Shown one piece after another: positions 30,718 to 39,955 of a stretch of DNA of 64,000 nucleotides (within the stretch, counting starts at the first letter, position 1; each line of letters opens with the position of its first letter). Under the pieces are notes generated by a model. It ran no database searches, was not told the DNA's origin, and worked only from the letters and a program-made list of their open reading frames with translations. The translations under genes and the position numbers were made by a program. Source of the DNA: Aulosira sp. ZfuVER01 (lineage in GTDB: Bacteria; Cyanobacteriota; Cyanobacteriia; Cyanobacteriales; Nostocaceae); assembly GCA_034530615.2 (NCBI GenBank), contig JAVRCV020000052.1, positions 64,001-128,000 of the forward strand. The letters run 5' to 3'.

Positions 30718-32145
30718 TTACTTTGCTGATGCGGCTTTTGAAAGAACTTCTAATGCACCTATGTCTATAACTGCACGTCCGTCACCATTTCCATCTTGTG
30801 GACGCTTTAAGCCTACTTGATCGGTAATTGGTGCGTTGATACCACTGAAATTGCTAGCGCCAAAATCAATTGCAGAGCTACCAGATCTGAGAGTAAAATT
30901 TCCCCTGGCTGGATCGCTAAATAGTGGATCTTTTCCCAGAATATTGTGAGTTAGCGAAGTGGTAAATTTAGAGGAATTGTAGACTAGGTTGTAGTCGTAT
31001 TGAGTGTTCTTGGCATTATATATTTTGTTAACTATTGCATCCTTTTTGGCATACATGATGTTGTTGAATACTTTCACCTGATCGGCATCAAGCACAGTAA
31101 TCTCTCCAGCTTCTCTGGTCTCAGGATACTGAGAATTTTGATAGGTTGTGTTATTAACCACATCAACATTAGCGCTGCTGTATACCACAATGCCAGCACC
31201 ACCATTCTTATAAGATATGTTGTTGGCAATGAGAGTTTTGCCTCTATACGGTTGATGAGTTGAATTGCTTTGAGTATTCAGGCTATCGTCAATCTCGATA
31301 CCATTACCCTCAGTAATTTTGCCTGTCTCTTTCCAAGGAATTAAGCTTTTGTTTTCGTAAACAATATTTCCCCGAATAATCATCTTGTATTGGCTGGTAT
31401 TGTTGTCAGAATTCCAGTTGTACAACATACCTATGGTGTTGGCTCCCCAAGGAGTGTAGAAGCAATTCTGGAATAGAACATTATTCTCGTATGTGAGATA
31501 GTCTGATTTAATACTACTTATACCTGCACCACCAAACTTAGAAACTTGGTTATTGCGAACTACAATATGGTGAGAATATTTGGTGATTTGAATTCCATTA
31601 TTTGAAGTCTGAGGATTGTTGAGATTGTTTTTTTGCTGTAGTGCATACTGCAAAGTGATATTGTCGTTATTTCCTTCTAATTTAAAACCCTCGACTGTAA
31701 TGTAAGAAGAGTTAACGATTTGAATGCCCGTGTAATTGTTTACTTTAATCAAGGGCTTATGTCCGGGATAGGCTTTGATGGTAGTTGGAGTCTTGGGCGT
31801 ACCTTGTTTGTTTTCAATATACATAACCGCTTGGGAAGGGTTTGTATTCGTATAAGTTCCGTTCATGACATATACGGTATCGCCCGGTTTTAACACGTAT
31901 GCTGCTTTGGACAAGGATCGAAATGCAGTACTTTCCTTCAAGCCATCATTATTATTATTTCCAGTTCCAGAGACATAGTAAGTTTTACCCGTCGTACTCT
32001 GGGCTATTTTTGTACTTGCATTAGCATCTGTAGGTATCAGCTTTGGTACAGACAAGTCTGCATTATCAGAGTATTCAGCTTTTAACCTAGCACCATTGCT
32101 AAAGTGAACAGGTCGGGTTATCGCAACCGGTTGATCTAAAAACAT
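30718..32145 (-). CDS. Right-handed parallel beta-helix (pectate lyase-like) protein
   Basis: ATG 32145 after AGGAG; TYYVSGTGNN, PGDTVYVMNGTY, Asn-rich repeats, DIGALE. Confidence 0.85.
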   Translation of the reverse strand: MFLDQPVAITRPVHFSNGARLKAEYSDNADLSVPKLIPTDANASTKIAQSTTGKTYYVSGTGNNNNDGLKESTAFRSLSKAAYVLKPGDTVYVMNGTYTNTNPSQAVMYIENKQGTPKTPTTIKAYPGHKPLIKVNNYTGIQIVNSSYITVEGFKLEGNNDNITLQYALQQKNNLNNPQTSNNGIQITKYSHHIVVRNNQVSKFGGAGISSIKSDYLTYENNVLFQNCFYTPWGANTIGMLYNWNSDNNTSQYKMIIRGNIVYENKSLIPWKETGKITEGNGIEIDDSLNTQSNSTHQPYRGKTLIANNISYKNGGAGIVVYSSANVDVVNNTTYQNSQYPETREAGEITVLDADQVKVFNNIMYAKKDAIVNKIYNAKNTQYDYNLVYNSSKFTTSLTHNILGKDPLFSDPARGNFTLRSGSSAIDFGASNFSGINAPITDQVGLKRPQDGNGDGRAVIDIGALEVLSKAASAK

Positions 32146-32801
32146 AATTATGCGACTCCTAGGGTGTTTGAGAATTCTAGTAGCGCACTCCTGGTATGAG
32201 GCAACGGAAATCTGCAAATCTCCGTGCAAAAAAAATATTCGCGATCGCTATAGATGCCTGGATAGTTGGTTTAAAGGCTAACAGCCCAATTTTTGAGCTA
32301 AGTAAAGCCCTCACGCTGACGTTAAGTTGGTAAATTTTTGACAAACGATCTACGCTTGCTTGACAGGCGATTGTTTGGGTGAAATCGCTTGCTAAACCTG
32401 AATTAGCTTACCATGCGTTTTTGTAACATCGGGTACAGCTATGCCACTTATAAAGCTGTCACAAGATATTGCTAATGAAAATACGAAAGGCATGGCTGTT
32501 GTAATATGAGAATAAACAGAGAAAAGTAAAGTTGAGATGATAAATTAACTTTCTTTTCAATGTCATCAGAAGGTGTCGTAAATACTCACAAATTTCTCTG
32601 TGTGTAATCGGAATTTATAACGTGCTGGTAATTTAGGTAGTATTTAACAGCCTACAGCAGGAGAAAACTTCCTAGAAAAAGTACCAGCTTTATCGAGTAG
32701 CTATTACAGCTAGTAATAAAGCAAAGAGAGTAGATTCGGTAGCCTTCTGTATGTTCTACAGAATCAGCGATGCATCGCGCTCACCTGATGGAGGTGAAAT
32801 T

Positions 32802-33461
32802 ATGTCTACAAAATTCCATACCCGCACGGAAGCTGGTAAGATGTTAGCCCGAGAACTGACAGCTTATACCGATTGCAAAGACTTGTTAGTTTTAGGTTTG
32901 CCTCGTGGTGGTGTACCCGTCGCGTATGAAGTGGCAAAGTTACTCGGTGCAACCTTAGATATTTGTTTAGTGCGAAAACTCGGTGTACCTGGTCATAAAG
33001 AATTGGCAATGGGTGCAATCACGTCGGGAGGCATTCGTGTCTTAAATTACGATGTTATCAGTTCCTTGGGTATCACCAATCAGACGATTAACCAAGTAAC
33101 GGCGGATGAATTGCAGGAATTACAGCGTCGCGATCGCGTTTATCGTGGCGATCGCCCTCCATTAGATGTAAAAAATCGCACTGTAATTGTTGTAGATGAC
33201 GGTATTGCTACTGGCTCAACTATGCGTGCTGCCATTACTATGTTGCAACAGCAACAGCCTAAGCGTATCGTTGTTGCAGTTCCCATCGCACCGCCAGAAA
33301 CTTGTGAAGAATTAAGTAATCAGGTAGACGAAGTAGTGTGTCTAAAAATGCCAGAGCGAATGTATGCAGTAGGTGTCTGGTATGAAGACTTTTCGCAAAC
33401 TACTGATGAAGAGGTGCGTTATCTGCTTGGCAAACAGTCAGCTGTTAGCAGTCACAGTTGA
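32802..33461 (+). CDS. Phosphoribosyltransferase family protein
   Basis: GGAGGT RBS; LPRGGVPVA and VVDDGIATGST PRPP-binding motif. Confidence 0.93.
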   Translation: MSTKFHTRTEAGKMLARELTAYTDCKDLLVLGLPRGGVPVAYEVAKLLGATLDICLVRKLGVPGHKELAMGAITSGGIRVLNYDVISSLGITNQTINQVTADELQELQRRDRVYRGDRPPLDVKNRTVIVVDDGIATGSTMRAAITMLQQQQPKRIVVAVPIAPPETCEELSNQVDEVVCLKMPERMYAVGVWYEDFSQTTDEEVRYLLGKQSAVSSHS

Positions 33462-33477
33462 GCATCCACAACGATCG

Positions 33478-34704
33478 CTACCTATTATCAGCAGCGCAGC
33501 GAAATCCTGTGAAAACCTGGCGCACGCTGGGATAATACCAGTTACGAAAACTTGGACGCAGTACCCAAGGACGAGTCGCCCAACTACCGCCTTTTAACAC
33601 GCGATGCTTTTGGTCAAAATAAACTTGCGAGTAACCTATATAAGGATAACTTTGAAACCCCTGATAGCCAGCAAACCAGGAAGCTGTCCACTCCCAGACA
33701 TTTCCTAGGGTGTCGTATAAACCATAAATACTTTGCCCGCCGGGATAAGCATCTACTGGTGTAGTTTTACCAATTAGGCGATCGCAATTACAATTCTCAA
33801 TTACTGCTTTTGCTTCTACATTCTGACTAGCCGCTTTTTCCCATTCGGCTTCTGTTGGTAGCCGCTTCCCGACAAACCTTGCGTATGCTTCAGCTTCGTA
33901 CCAACTAACACCACAAACTGGGTGATTATCCCAACTGAAATCATCTTGCCAATATAGCGGTTGTGTTACTTGCTCAGTTTGCAGCCAATTCCATCCAGCC
34001 TCTGACCAATAAGAAGAATCTTGATAACCACCTGCCTCCATAAATGCCCGATACTGCCTACAAGTAACTGGATATCTGTCAAGATAATAAGTATTTAAAT
34101 ATACTTTATATATGGGAGATTCATTATCTAGCGCATCAATAGAGTTACTACCCTGTGCAAATTCCCCGGCTGGGATTTCAATCATCTCTTCGAGATTGTC
34201 AGGTGCGGGTTGGTTTTCTCTGTCAGTGCGCAGTGACTTGTTATTCAATCGGGAAACTTTGACTAATTCCAACACCATGCTCATAATTTCGCAGTGTTGG
34301 CTTTCATGCTGAATTAAAAAGCGCCATAAACGTTCGTTTTGTTCAACATCAGCAACTTTCAGAGAATCTAGTACTTTGACTCTTACCGTATCCAAGTAAT
34401 AACGAATTTCCTCTAAATCGGGTAATTCCACACGCTTGGCTTTGGGTAAACCATCAGCCGCAAACAGCTGACGGTATTGAGGGAACAAACATGGTAAGCC
34501 TGCACTGCGTTCTAGTAGCCACAAAGATTCAGTGTAAGCAATATGTCCTAAGTGCCAGCCAACAGGACTAAAATCAGGATGCGGTTGAGCGCAAAAAGTC
34601 ATCCGATCCATACCCTCGAAGAGTGTCAGAGTTTTAGTCCGACATTCAACGAAAGCAAGAGTTATCGCCTCTCTCACACTAGATTTGCTCAAATTGGATA
34701 TCAC
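33478..34704 (-). CDS. egtB: Ergothioneine sulfoxide synthase (DinB + FGE-sulfatase domains)
   Basis: SPVGWHLGH, QHESQH iron ligands, RLPTEAEWEKAA, GNVWEW, GFRCA; GTG 34704 overlaps the egtC end. Confidence 0.88.
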   Translation of the reverse strand: MISNLSKSSVREAITLAFVECRTKTLTLFEGMDRMTFCAQPHPDFSPVGWHLGHIAYTESLWLLERSAGLPCLFPQYRQLFAADGLPKAKRVELPDLEEIRYYLDTVRVKVLDSLKVADVEQNERLWRFLIQHESQHCEIMSMVLELVKVSRLNNKSLRTDRENQPAPDNLEEMIEIPAGEFAQGSNSIDALDNESPIYKVYLNTYYLDRYPVTCRQYRAFMEAGGYQDSSYWSEAGWNWLQTEQVTQPLYWQDDFSWDNHPVCGVSWYEAEAYARFVGKRLPTEAEWEKAASQNVEAKAVIENCNCDRLIGKTTPVDAYPGGQSIYGLYDTLGNVWEWTASWFAGYQGFQSYPYIGYSQVYFDQKHRVLKGGSWATRPWVLRPSFRNWYYPSVRQVFTGFRCAADNR

Positions 34705-35467
34705 AGTCCACTCCCACACTGATGATGCTATTTTCTTGGACATCTGTCCAATTACCTGTAAATAGTGGTTCAGATGCAATAATTACTGCTCCGGGAAAAG
34801 TTGGATCGTCCCGCAACCAGTAAAGAGACGGAGCAGGCGATTTTGTACTAAAGCGACAAGCAATTAAGCGATCGCCATCACTAATTACCATATTGGCGGA
34901 AACATCAGCTTGATATTCTTCTGCCCATTCCCTCAACTGAAGTAATGTAATATGCAAAGCCTGCTCTACACTCTTACCAGGGTTAGCTTGTAAATGCTGG
35001 AGCAGTAAAGCAAAGATATGTTCCGAATCTGTACTTCCCTGAATGAATTGGTAAATTTCATCACTGAGTTGATTGCGAATCGGTCTGTATAGCGTCTGAC
35101 GGAACTTTTCAATCCGGCCATTGTGAGTAAACAACAAACGCTGATACTGAAATGGCTGAGAATTACTAAAATCTAAAGCTTGTCCTGGTGTAGCACTACG
35201 AACATAGGCTAATATTTGCCCCGATTCGACATAACGGCTGAGACTTGGCAGATTTTGGTCATTCCAAATCGGCAAGGTATTTTTGTAAATAAAGGGTTCG
35301 GTATCTTTTTGCGGATGATACCAACCCATACCAAAACCATCAGCGTTCACCACTCCCGAAAGCATTTCGCGAGGTTGATAACTCTGCACAATCAAGGAAT
35401 GTTCTGGTGTGTACAGTAGATGTTCTAAAGACACAGGTGAACCGAGGTAAGCAAGTAAACGGCACAT
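34679..35467 (-). CDS. egtC: Class II glutamine amidotransferase of ergothioneine pathway
   Basis: MCRLLAY N-terminal Cys, NADGFG, HNG, TDSE, IASEPL; adjacent to egtB. Confidence 0.9.
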   Translation of the reverse strand: MCRLLAYLGSPVSLEHLLYTPEHSLIVQSYQPREMLSGVVNADGFGMGWYHPQKDTEPFIYKNTLPIWNDQNLPSLSRYVESGQILAYVRSATPGQALDFSNSQPFQYQRLLFTHNGRIEKFRQTLYRPIRNQLSDEIYQFIQGSTDSEHIFALLLQHLQANPGKSVEQALHITLLQLREWAEEYQADVSANMVISDGDRLIACRFSTKSPAPSLYWLRDDPTFPGAVIIASEPLFTGNWTDVQENSIISVGVDCDIQFEQI

Positions 35468-35494
35468 AAATTAATTAGAATTTGGGATTGCTGA

Positions 35495-35989
35495 CTAGCT
35501 AGCAATAAACTTCAAAGCCACACCATTCATGCAATAGCGCTTACCAGTAGGTGCAGGGCCGTCGTTAAATACATGACCTAGGTGTCCACCACAACGATGA
35601 CAATGGACTTCAACTCTAGTCATAAAGAATGACTTGTCTACAGTTGTACCGATAGCTTCTTCCAGAGGTGCATAAAAACTCGGCCAGCCTGTACCACTGT
35701 TGAATTTAGTATCTGAAGAAAATAGAGGTAAATCGCATCCAGCACATACGTAAGTTCCCTGAGAATATTGCTTATCTAAAGGACTAGTACCAGCGCGTTC
35801 GGTGCCATGTTTACGCAGAACATGAAACTGTTCTGGTGTCAAGGTTTTGCGCCATTCTTCTTCAGTTTTGCTGATTTCAAATTCATTCTTTGCAGTTGCC
35901 ATAACTTCTGGTTTCCTTGTGAAATATTGTGATAAAAATGCTGTGCCAACTATGACTGCACTAGCTTCTAAAAGATACCGTCTGTTCAT
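35495..35989 (-). CDS. msrB: Peptide-methionine (R)-S-oxide reductase with N-terminal RR leader
   Basis: GTER, SGTGWPSF, HLGHVF, RYCMN. Confidence 0.96.
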   Translation of the reverse strand: MNRRYLLEASAVIVGTAFLSQYFTRKPEVMATAKNEFEISKTEEEWRKTLTPEQFHVLRKHGTERAGTSPLDKQYSQGTYVCAGCDLPLFSSDTKFNSGTGWPSFYAPLEEAIGTTVDKSFFMTRVEVHCHRCGGHLGHVFNDGPAPTGKRYCMNGVALKFIAS

Positions 35990-36070
35990 TATCTAGTTGC
36001 CATTTACCTTGCTGATTCGCCATTATGAGCGATCGCTCTGAATTAGCCGTGATAGCAAGATTAAAATCAT

Positions 36071-36508
36071 CTAAGAATCATTGAGATAGGTGCTATCAAC
36101 CGCTGATTGCAGGTCATCGGCTGCAAAATAGAATCGTTGAGCCGGAAAATAAATGCTGTTGTAGTCGCGGATAATTAATTCTGCTGGCAAATCCTCCTGG
36201 TTTCTGTTTAACGCTCTTTTTAAAGCTGTTACAAAACTACATTCACTCTAATAAATTATCGCTCCTGTAATCAAATCATTTGGGGTGGTGATTCCTGTAC
36301 CGCACTAGGTAGGGGTTTGGGTGAAGGGATTAGCAAACTGTCCGGTAAGTACGGTTGTCAGATTAATTGAGCGATTCTTCCTGAGGGGATGGGTCAGCAT
36401 TTGGAACAGATCGTCAAAGCAAATGGCAAGGAGTATATAGCTTGTTTGATGGGAGAGGTTAAAGATATATCGACCAATGATTTGGCAACCTGAATCGAGA
36501 GATTGCAT
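36071..36508 (-). pseudogene. Possible decayed ORF with two internal TAG stops
   Basis: One frame from ATG 36508 to TAG 36071, interrupted only at 36305 and 36248; no family recognised. Confidence 0.25.
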
Positions 36509-36624
36509 TATGTCGGTTGCTATGATACTGTTTATACCAACATCTGCACCTTAAAAATTTAATAAATACGTATTATTGACTGGTAGCCTAATGCTTAGTT
36601 TCCTCAAGCTATTTTGTTAAGAAA

Positions 36625-36823
36625 TGTAAACTGAGGGGGTTGTCCAAAAGCCCAAAGGCTGATTGTTTCGTAGGCCCCCTCAGGTGGCTTATTGTATAAG
36701 GGTTTGAGTTACTTGGAGAATGTAGTTATTCTCAATAACTGCCGTCTGTTGACAAGTAAAATCTACCCCCCTCAGTTTTACAGGTCTGTAAGCCTTATTT
36801 GGTAAGCTTTCTGTAAGAGTAGG
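36625..36823 (+). promoter_or_regulatory. CRISPR array 1 leader
   Basis: Non-coding, adjacent to the intact end of the array; CTGAGGGGG/CCCCCTCAG motifs and an AGTTATT-CTC-AATAACT palindrome. Confidence 0.75.
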
Positions 36824-37728
36824 GTTTTAAATCTCTTACCCCTCACGGGGATGGAAACTACACCTTGTCTAACAGCTGTTATACAACCCTCTTCTGTTTT
36901 AAATCTCTTACCCCTCACGGGGATGGAAACGTTAGAACTTCCCGGTAATGTATGAGCGTAACATGTTTTAAATCTCTTACCCCTCACGGGGATGGAAACT
37001 GTACTTCATACCACCAATGTATACCATATTACCAAGTGTAGCGTTTTAAATCTCTTACCCCTCACGGGGATGGAAACTGTCGCGGCTCTTCCTTCATACC
37101 CTCGCAATGCATCCAGTTTTAAATCTCTTACCCCTCACGGGGATGGAAACTGCTCAACCGTCACATCTTTGCCGAAGATAGCTCTGGCAAATGTTTTAAA
37201 TCTCTTACCCCTCACGGGGATGGAAACAGATAATCTTGTAGATAATCATTTTCGATTAAGAGAGGTTTTAAATCATTCAGAAAGACAGGCCTTACTCACG
37301 CCTATAAAAATGATAATCATTTTCGATTAAGAGAGGTTTTAAATCTCTTACCCCTCACGGGGATGGAAACGCTTGGTCTCAGGTCGAGGATTAGGCTTGG
37401 TGTGATGAGTTTTAAATCTCTTACCCCTCACGGGGATGGAAACGTTACTAGGAGCTTGCAAATAGGCTTCGGCAATTTGTTTTAAATCTCTTACCCCTCA
37501 CGGGGATGGAAACGTCTTACAAAACTTGAGTATCTTTGCTTGAAATCTAGTTTTAAATCTCTTACCCCTCACGGGGATGGAAACTTAAAGCTAAAGGAGA
37601 ATCAGAACCAGAGGCCAAGCTTCCAGTTTTAAATCTCTTACCCCTCACGGGGATGGAAACCTTCCGACACGACCAGGAATGGACGCGGGAACTGTTTTAA
37701 ATCTCTTACCCCTCACGGGGATGTAAAA
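36824..37728 (+). CRISPR. CRISPR array 1, 35-nt repeat GTTTTAAATCTCTTACCCCTCACGGGGATGGAAAC
   Basis: 12 repeats starting at 36824, 36896, 36965, 37043, 37116, 37193, 37336, 37409, 37479, 37550, 37626, 37694 (last ends GTAAAA, degenerate); spacers 33-43 nt; one anomalous 108-nt interval. Confidence 0.99.
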
Positions 37729-37743
37729 AGTTGAAAGTAGGTT

Positions 37744-37787
37744 GCGATCGCATTTGAAAAGTTGGCGTTGCATAAATGCGCGATCGC
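37744..37787. repeat. HIP1-N28-HIP1 hairpin element
   Basis: GCGATCGC at 37744 and 37780 with an inner GCATTT/AAATGC stem. Confidence 0.55.
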
Positions 37788-37838
37788 TCAATTATGTAAC
37801 CAAAGAATTATACTTTTTTGGTACATGAGGATTTTGAT

Positions 37839-38243
37839 ATGTCGCCCTGGACTAGTCTCATAACTGCTCTAACACTACTGCTGTACTTGGTCATCACCAT
37901 TAATGTTGGTCGAGCCAGAGCCAAATATAAAGTACTACCTCCCCAAATGACAGGAGATCCTGACTTTGAACGAGTGCTGCGCGTTCAGCAAAATACCCTA
38001 GAGCAAATAATTTTCTTCCTACCTGCTTTATGGTTATTTTCTTTTTACGTCAACCCGTTGTGGGGGGCGTTTATTGGTGCTATCTGGCTGCTGGGAAGAA
38101 TCGCCTACGCTTGGGGATATTATCAAGCGGCGGAAAAGCGGGCAGTTGGCTTTGGTATTAGTTCTATTAGCGGTATAGTGCTACTTTTAGGTTCTCTCGT
38201 TGGGATCATCTTGTCTCTGGTGCAGCCATTAAGTCATGCTTAG
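37839..38243 (+). CDS. MAPEG family protein
   Basis: VGRARAKY, FERVLRVQQNTLE, GRIAYAWGY; GAGGA RBS. Confidence 0.93.
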   Translation: MSPWTSLITALTLLLYLVITINVGRARAKYKVLPPQMTGDPDFERVLRVQQNTLEQIIFFLPALWLFSFYVNPLWGAFIGAIWLLGRIAYAWGYYQAAEKRAVGFGISSISGIVLLLGSLVGIILSLVQPLSHA

Positions 38244-38376
38244 AAGCGATCGCTATTGTTATACCAATTCCCGAAAATCCTGATACAGATAGATTGTTCG
38301 TGAATTGCTATCAGCAGATGCTCCTCTAAATATTCAACTTTGCGTTGGGGCATCTCGTCTAGTCTCAATAAAGCTC

Positions 38377-38477
38377 ATACCATTTTGGATTTTGGATTTT
38401 AGATTTTGGATTGTAAAAGATTGATTGACCAAGCTTTTGGGCGCTCCATCTGTCGCAATCATTTTTCAAATTGGTAT
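38377..38477. mobile_element. Small MITE-like element (ATACCA...TGGTAT ends) containing (TTTTGGA)n STRR
   Basis: Right end 38447-38477 is 28/31 identical (inverted) to 41932-41962; another degenerate end at 38261. Confidence 0.6.
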
Positions 38478-38523
38478 CAGTTAATCTCCGACGGGATACT
38501 GGGAGCCACGAACAAGCCCACAC

Positions 38524-39681
38524 TCACTGCTTGCGGGAGTGTGGGAGTATCTCACGAATCGACCCTTCAATCCCCTCAACATACCAATCCATTTCTAGTT
38601 GTGCTTTATTATCCAGTATTTTACCCTTGGGTACTCGGACTACTCCCTTTTGGTCTTTTACTGGGCCATCGAAAGGATTGGCAGTACCTTGAATAAACTG
38701 TTCTCGTTTGGTGTTGACTAATTGCTGAACATCGCTAGGAATCACTGGATTCATCGGGGAAATATCTACCATCCCTTGAGCAATACCATGCCAAACAGCT
38801 TGTGACTTCCATGTGTTGTTAATAACAGCCAAAGCTGTATCTATATAAAATTTTCCCCATTTATTAATTGCTGATGTCAGGTGTGCTTGGGCACCAAACC
38901 TACTCATATCGGTATTGTAGCCGAAAGCATAAATACCTTTTTCTGCTGCCAGTTGAATAGCCGCCGCAGAGTTAGTATGTTGGGTTAGCACATCTGCACC
39001 TAAATTAATCAAAGCTTGGGCGGCTTCCCTTTCTTTGGCAGGATCGTACCAATTTTTTACCCACATCACCCTAACTTTGGCCTGAGGATTTGTTGTCCGC
39101 AGTCCTTGAGTAAATGCGTTGATACCGCGAATTACTTCTGGGATGGGATGTGATCCAATAAAACCAATGACATTAGATTTGGTCATCTTGCCTGCAATTA
39201 TGCCGGTTAAATAGTGCGGTTCTTCAAAGCGTCCTGAATAAGTACCGACATTGGCAGCAAGTGTGTATCCTGTACAATTTTCAAAAAAAACATTAGGAAA
39301 ATCTTTGGCAACTTTAATTGTGGGGTTTATGTAGTCAAAGGCAGTAGTAAAAATTAATTTATTCCCGTCTAATGCTAGTTGCCGAATCACCCTCTCAGCA
39401 TCAACACCTGCATTAACATTTTCCACAAAGGTAGTTTTTACCTTATCTTGGAGATTCGCTTCCATTTCTCTGCGACCTAAATCATGAGAGTAAGTCCAGC
39501 CAAAATCACCGACAGGCCCCGCATACACAAACCCCACTTTTAGCGGTTCGTTGACTACTACAGGGGAAGCTGTTGGCACTACTTCGCTTTGAGATTTGGG
39601 ATTTTTACCTTGAATACAACTATTCAAGGCAAAGCTAGATCCTGCTAAAGTCGCATACTTGAGAAAATTCCGACGATCCAT
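38524..39681 (-). CDS. BMP family ABC substrate-binding lipoprotein with Tat signal
   Basis: MDRRNFLK, lipobox-like LNSC, KVGFVYAGPVGDFGW, GADVLTQH. Confidence 0.92.
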   Translation of the reverse strand: MDRRNFLKYATLAGSSFALNSCIQGKNPKSQSEVVPTASPVVVNEPLKVGFVYAGPVGDFGWTYSHDLGRREMEANLQDKVKTTFVENVNAGVDAERVIRQLALDGNKLIFTTAFDYINPTIKVAKDFPNVFFENCTGYTLAANVGTYSGRFEEPHYLTGIIAGKMTKSNVIGFIGSHPIPEVIRGINAFTQGLRTTNPQAKVRVMWVKNWYDPAKEREAAQALINLGADVLTQHTNSAAAIQLAAEKGIYAFGYNTDMSRFGAQAHLTSAINKWGKFYIDTALAVINNTWKSQAVWHGIAQGMVDISPMNPVIPSDVQQLVNTKREQFIQGTANPFDGPVKDQKGVVRVPKGKILDNKAQLEMDWYVEGIEGSIREILPHSRKQ

Positions 39682-39955
39682 TGTTAAGCGATTTAAAATT
39701 CAACAACAGTCAAGAGGTATTTGATTACTGATAACGGTAGACTTAGCCTAGTACCGCTTTGCGGAATTTAATGATTTACTGATAATAGCAATTCTCTACT
39801 AGAGTAAGCGATCGCATCTTCATCTCTTAACTCTGAAGAATGGCTCTCTGCGCCGGAATTTCTAAAGAAAATCTAATGTAGCAAATTGTGCCAGCTACAA
39901 AACCGGATAATGCATTAGGATTTGTCAAACTATCAACCTTAAAGCATTTATACCT

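Noticed and set aside
21682..35467. Selenoneine cluster suggested by mnmH plus an EgtB homolog
   Set aside because: Genes are over 10 kb apart, no selD or SenB-like gene is adjacent, and egtC context favours ergothioneine
36863..36874. 12-nt match of spacer 1 to the reverse complement of 51831-51842
   Set aside because: Too short and does not extend
36778..37330. ORFs 36778-36987 and 36992-37330
   Set aside because: They translate CRISPR repeats and spacers (periodic VLNLLPLTGMET); not genes
39877..39899. TGTAGC-N11-GCTACA as an NtcA site
   Set aside because: Spacing does not fit GTA-N8-TAC; another operator is possible but unsupported
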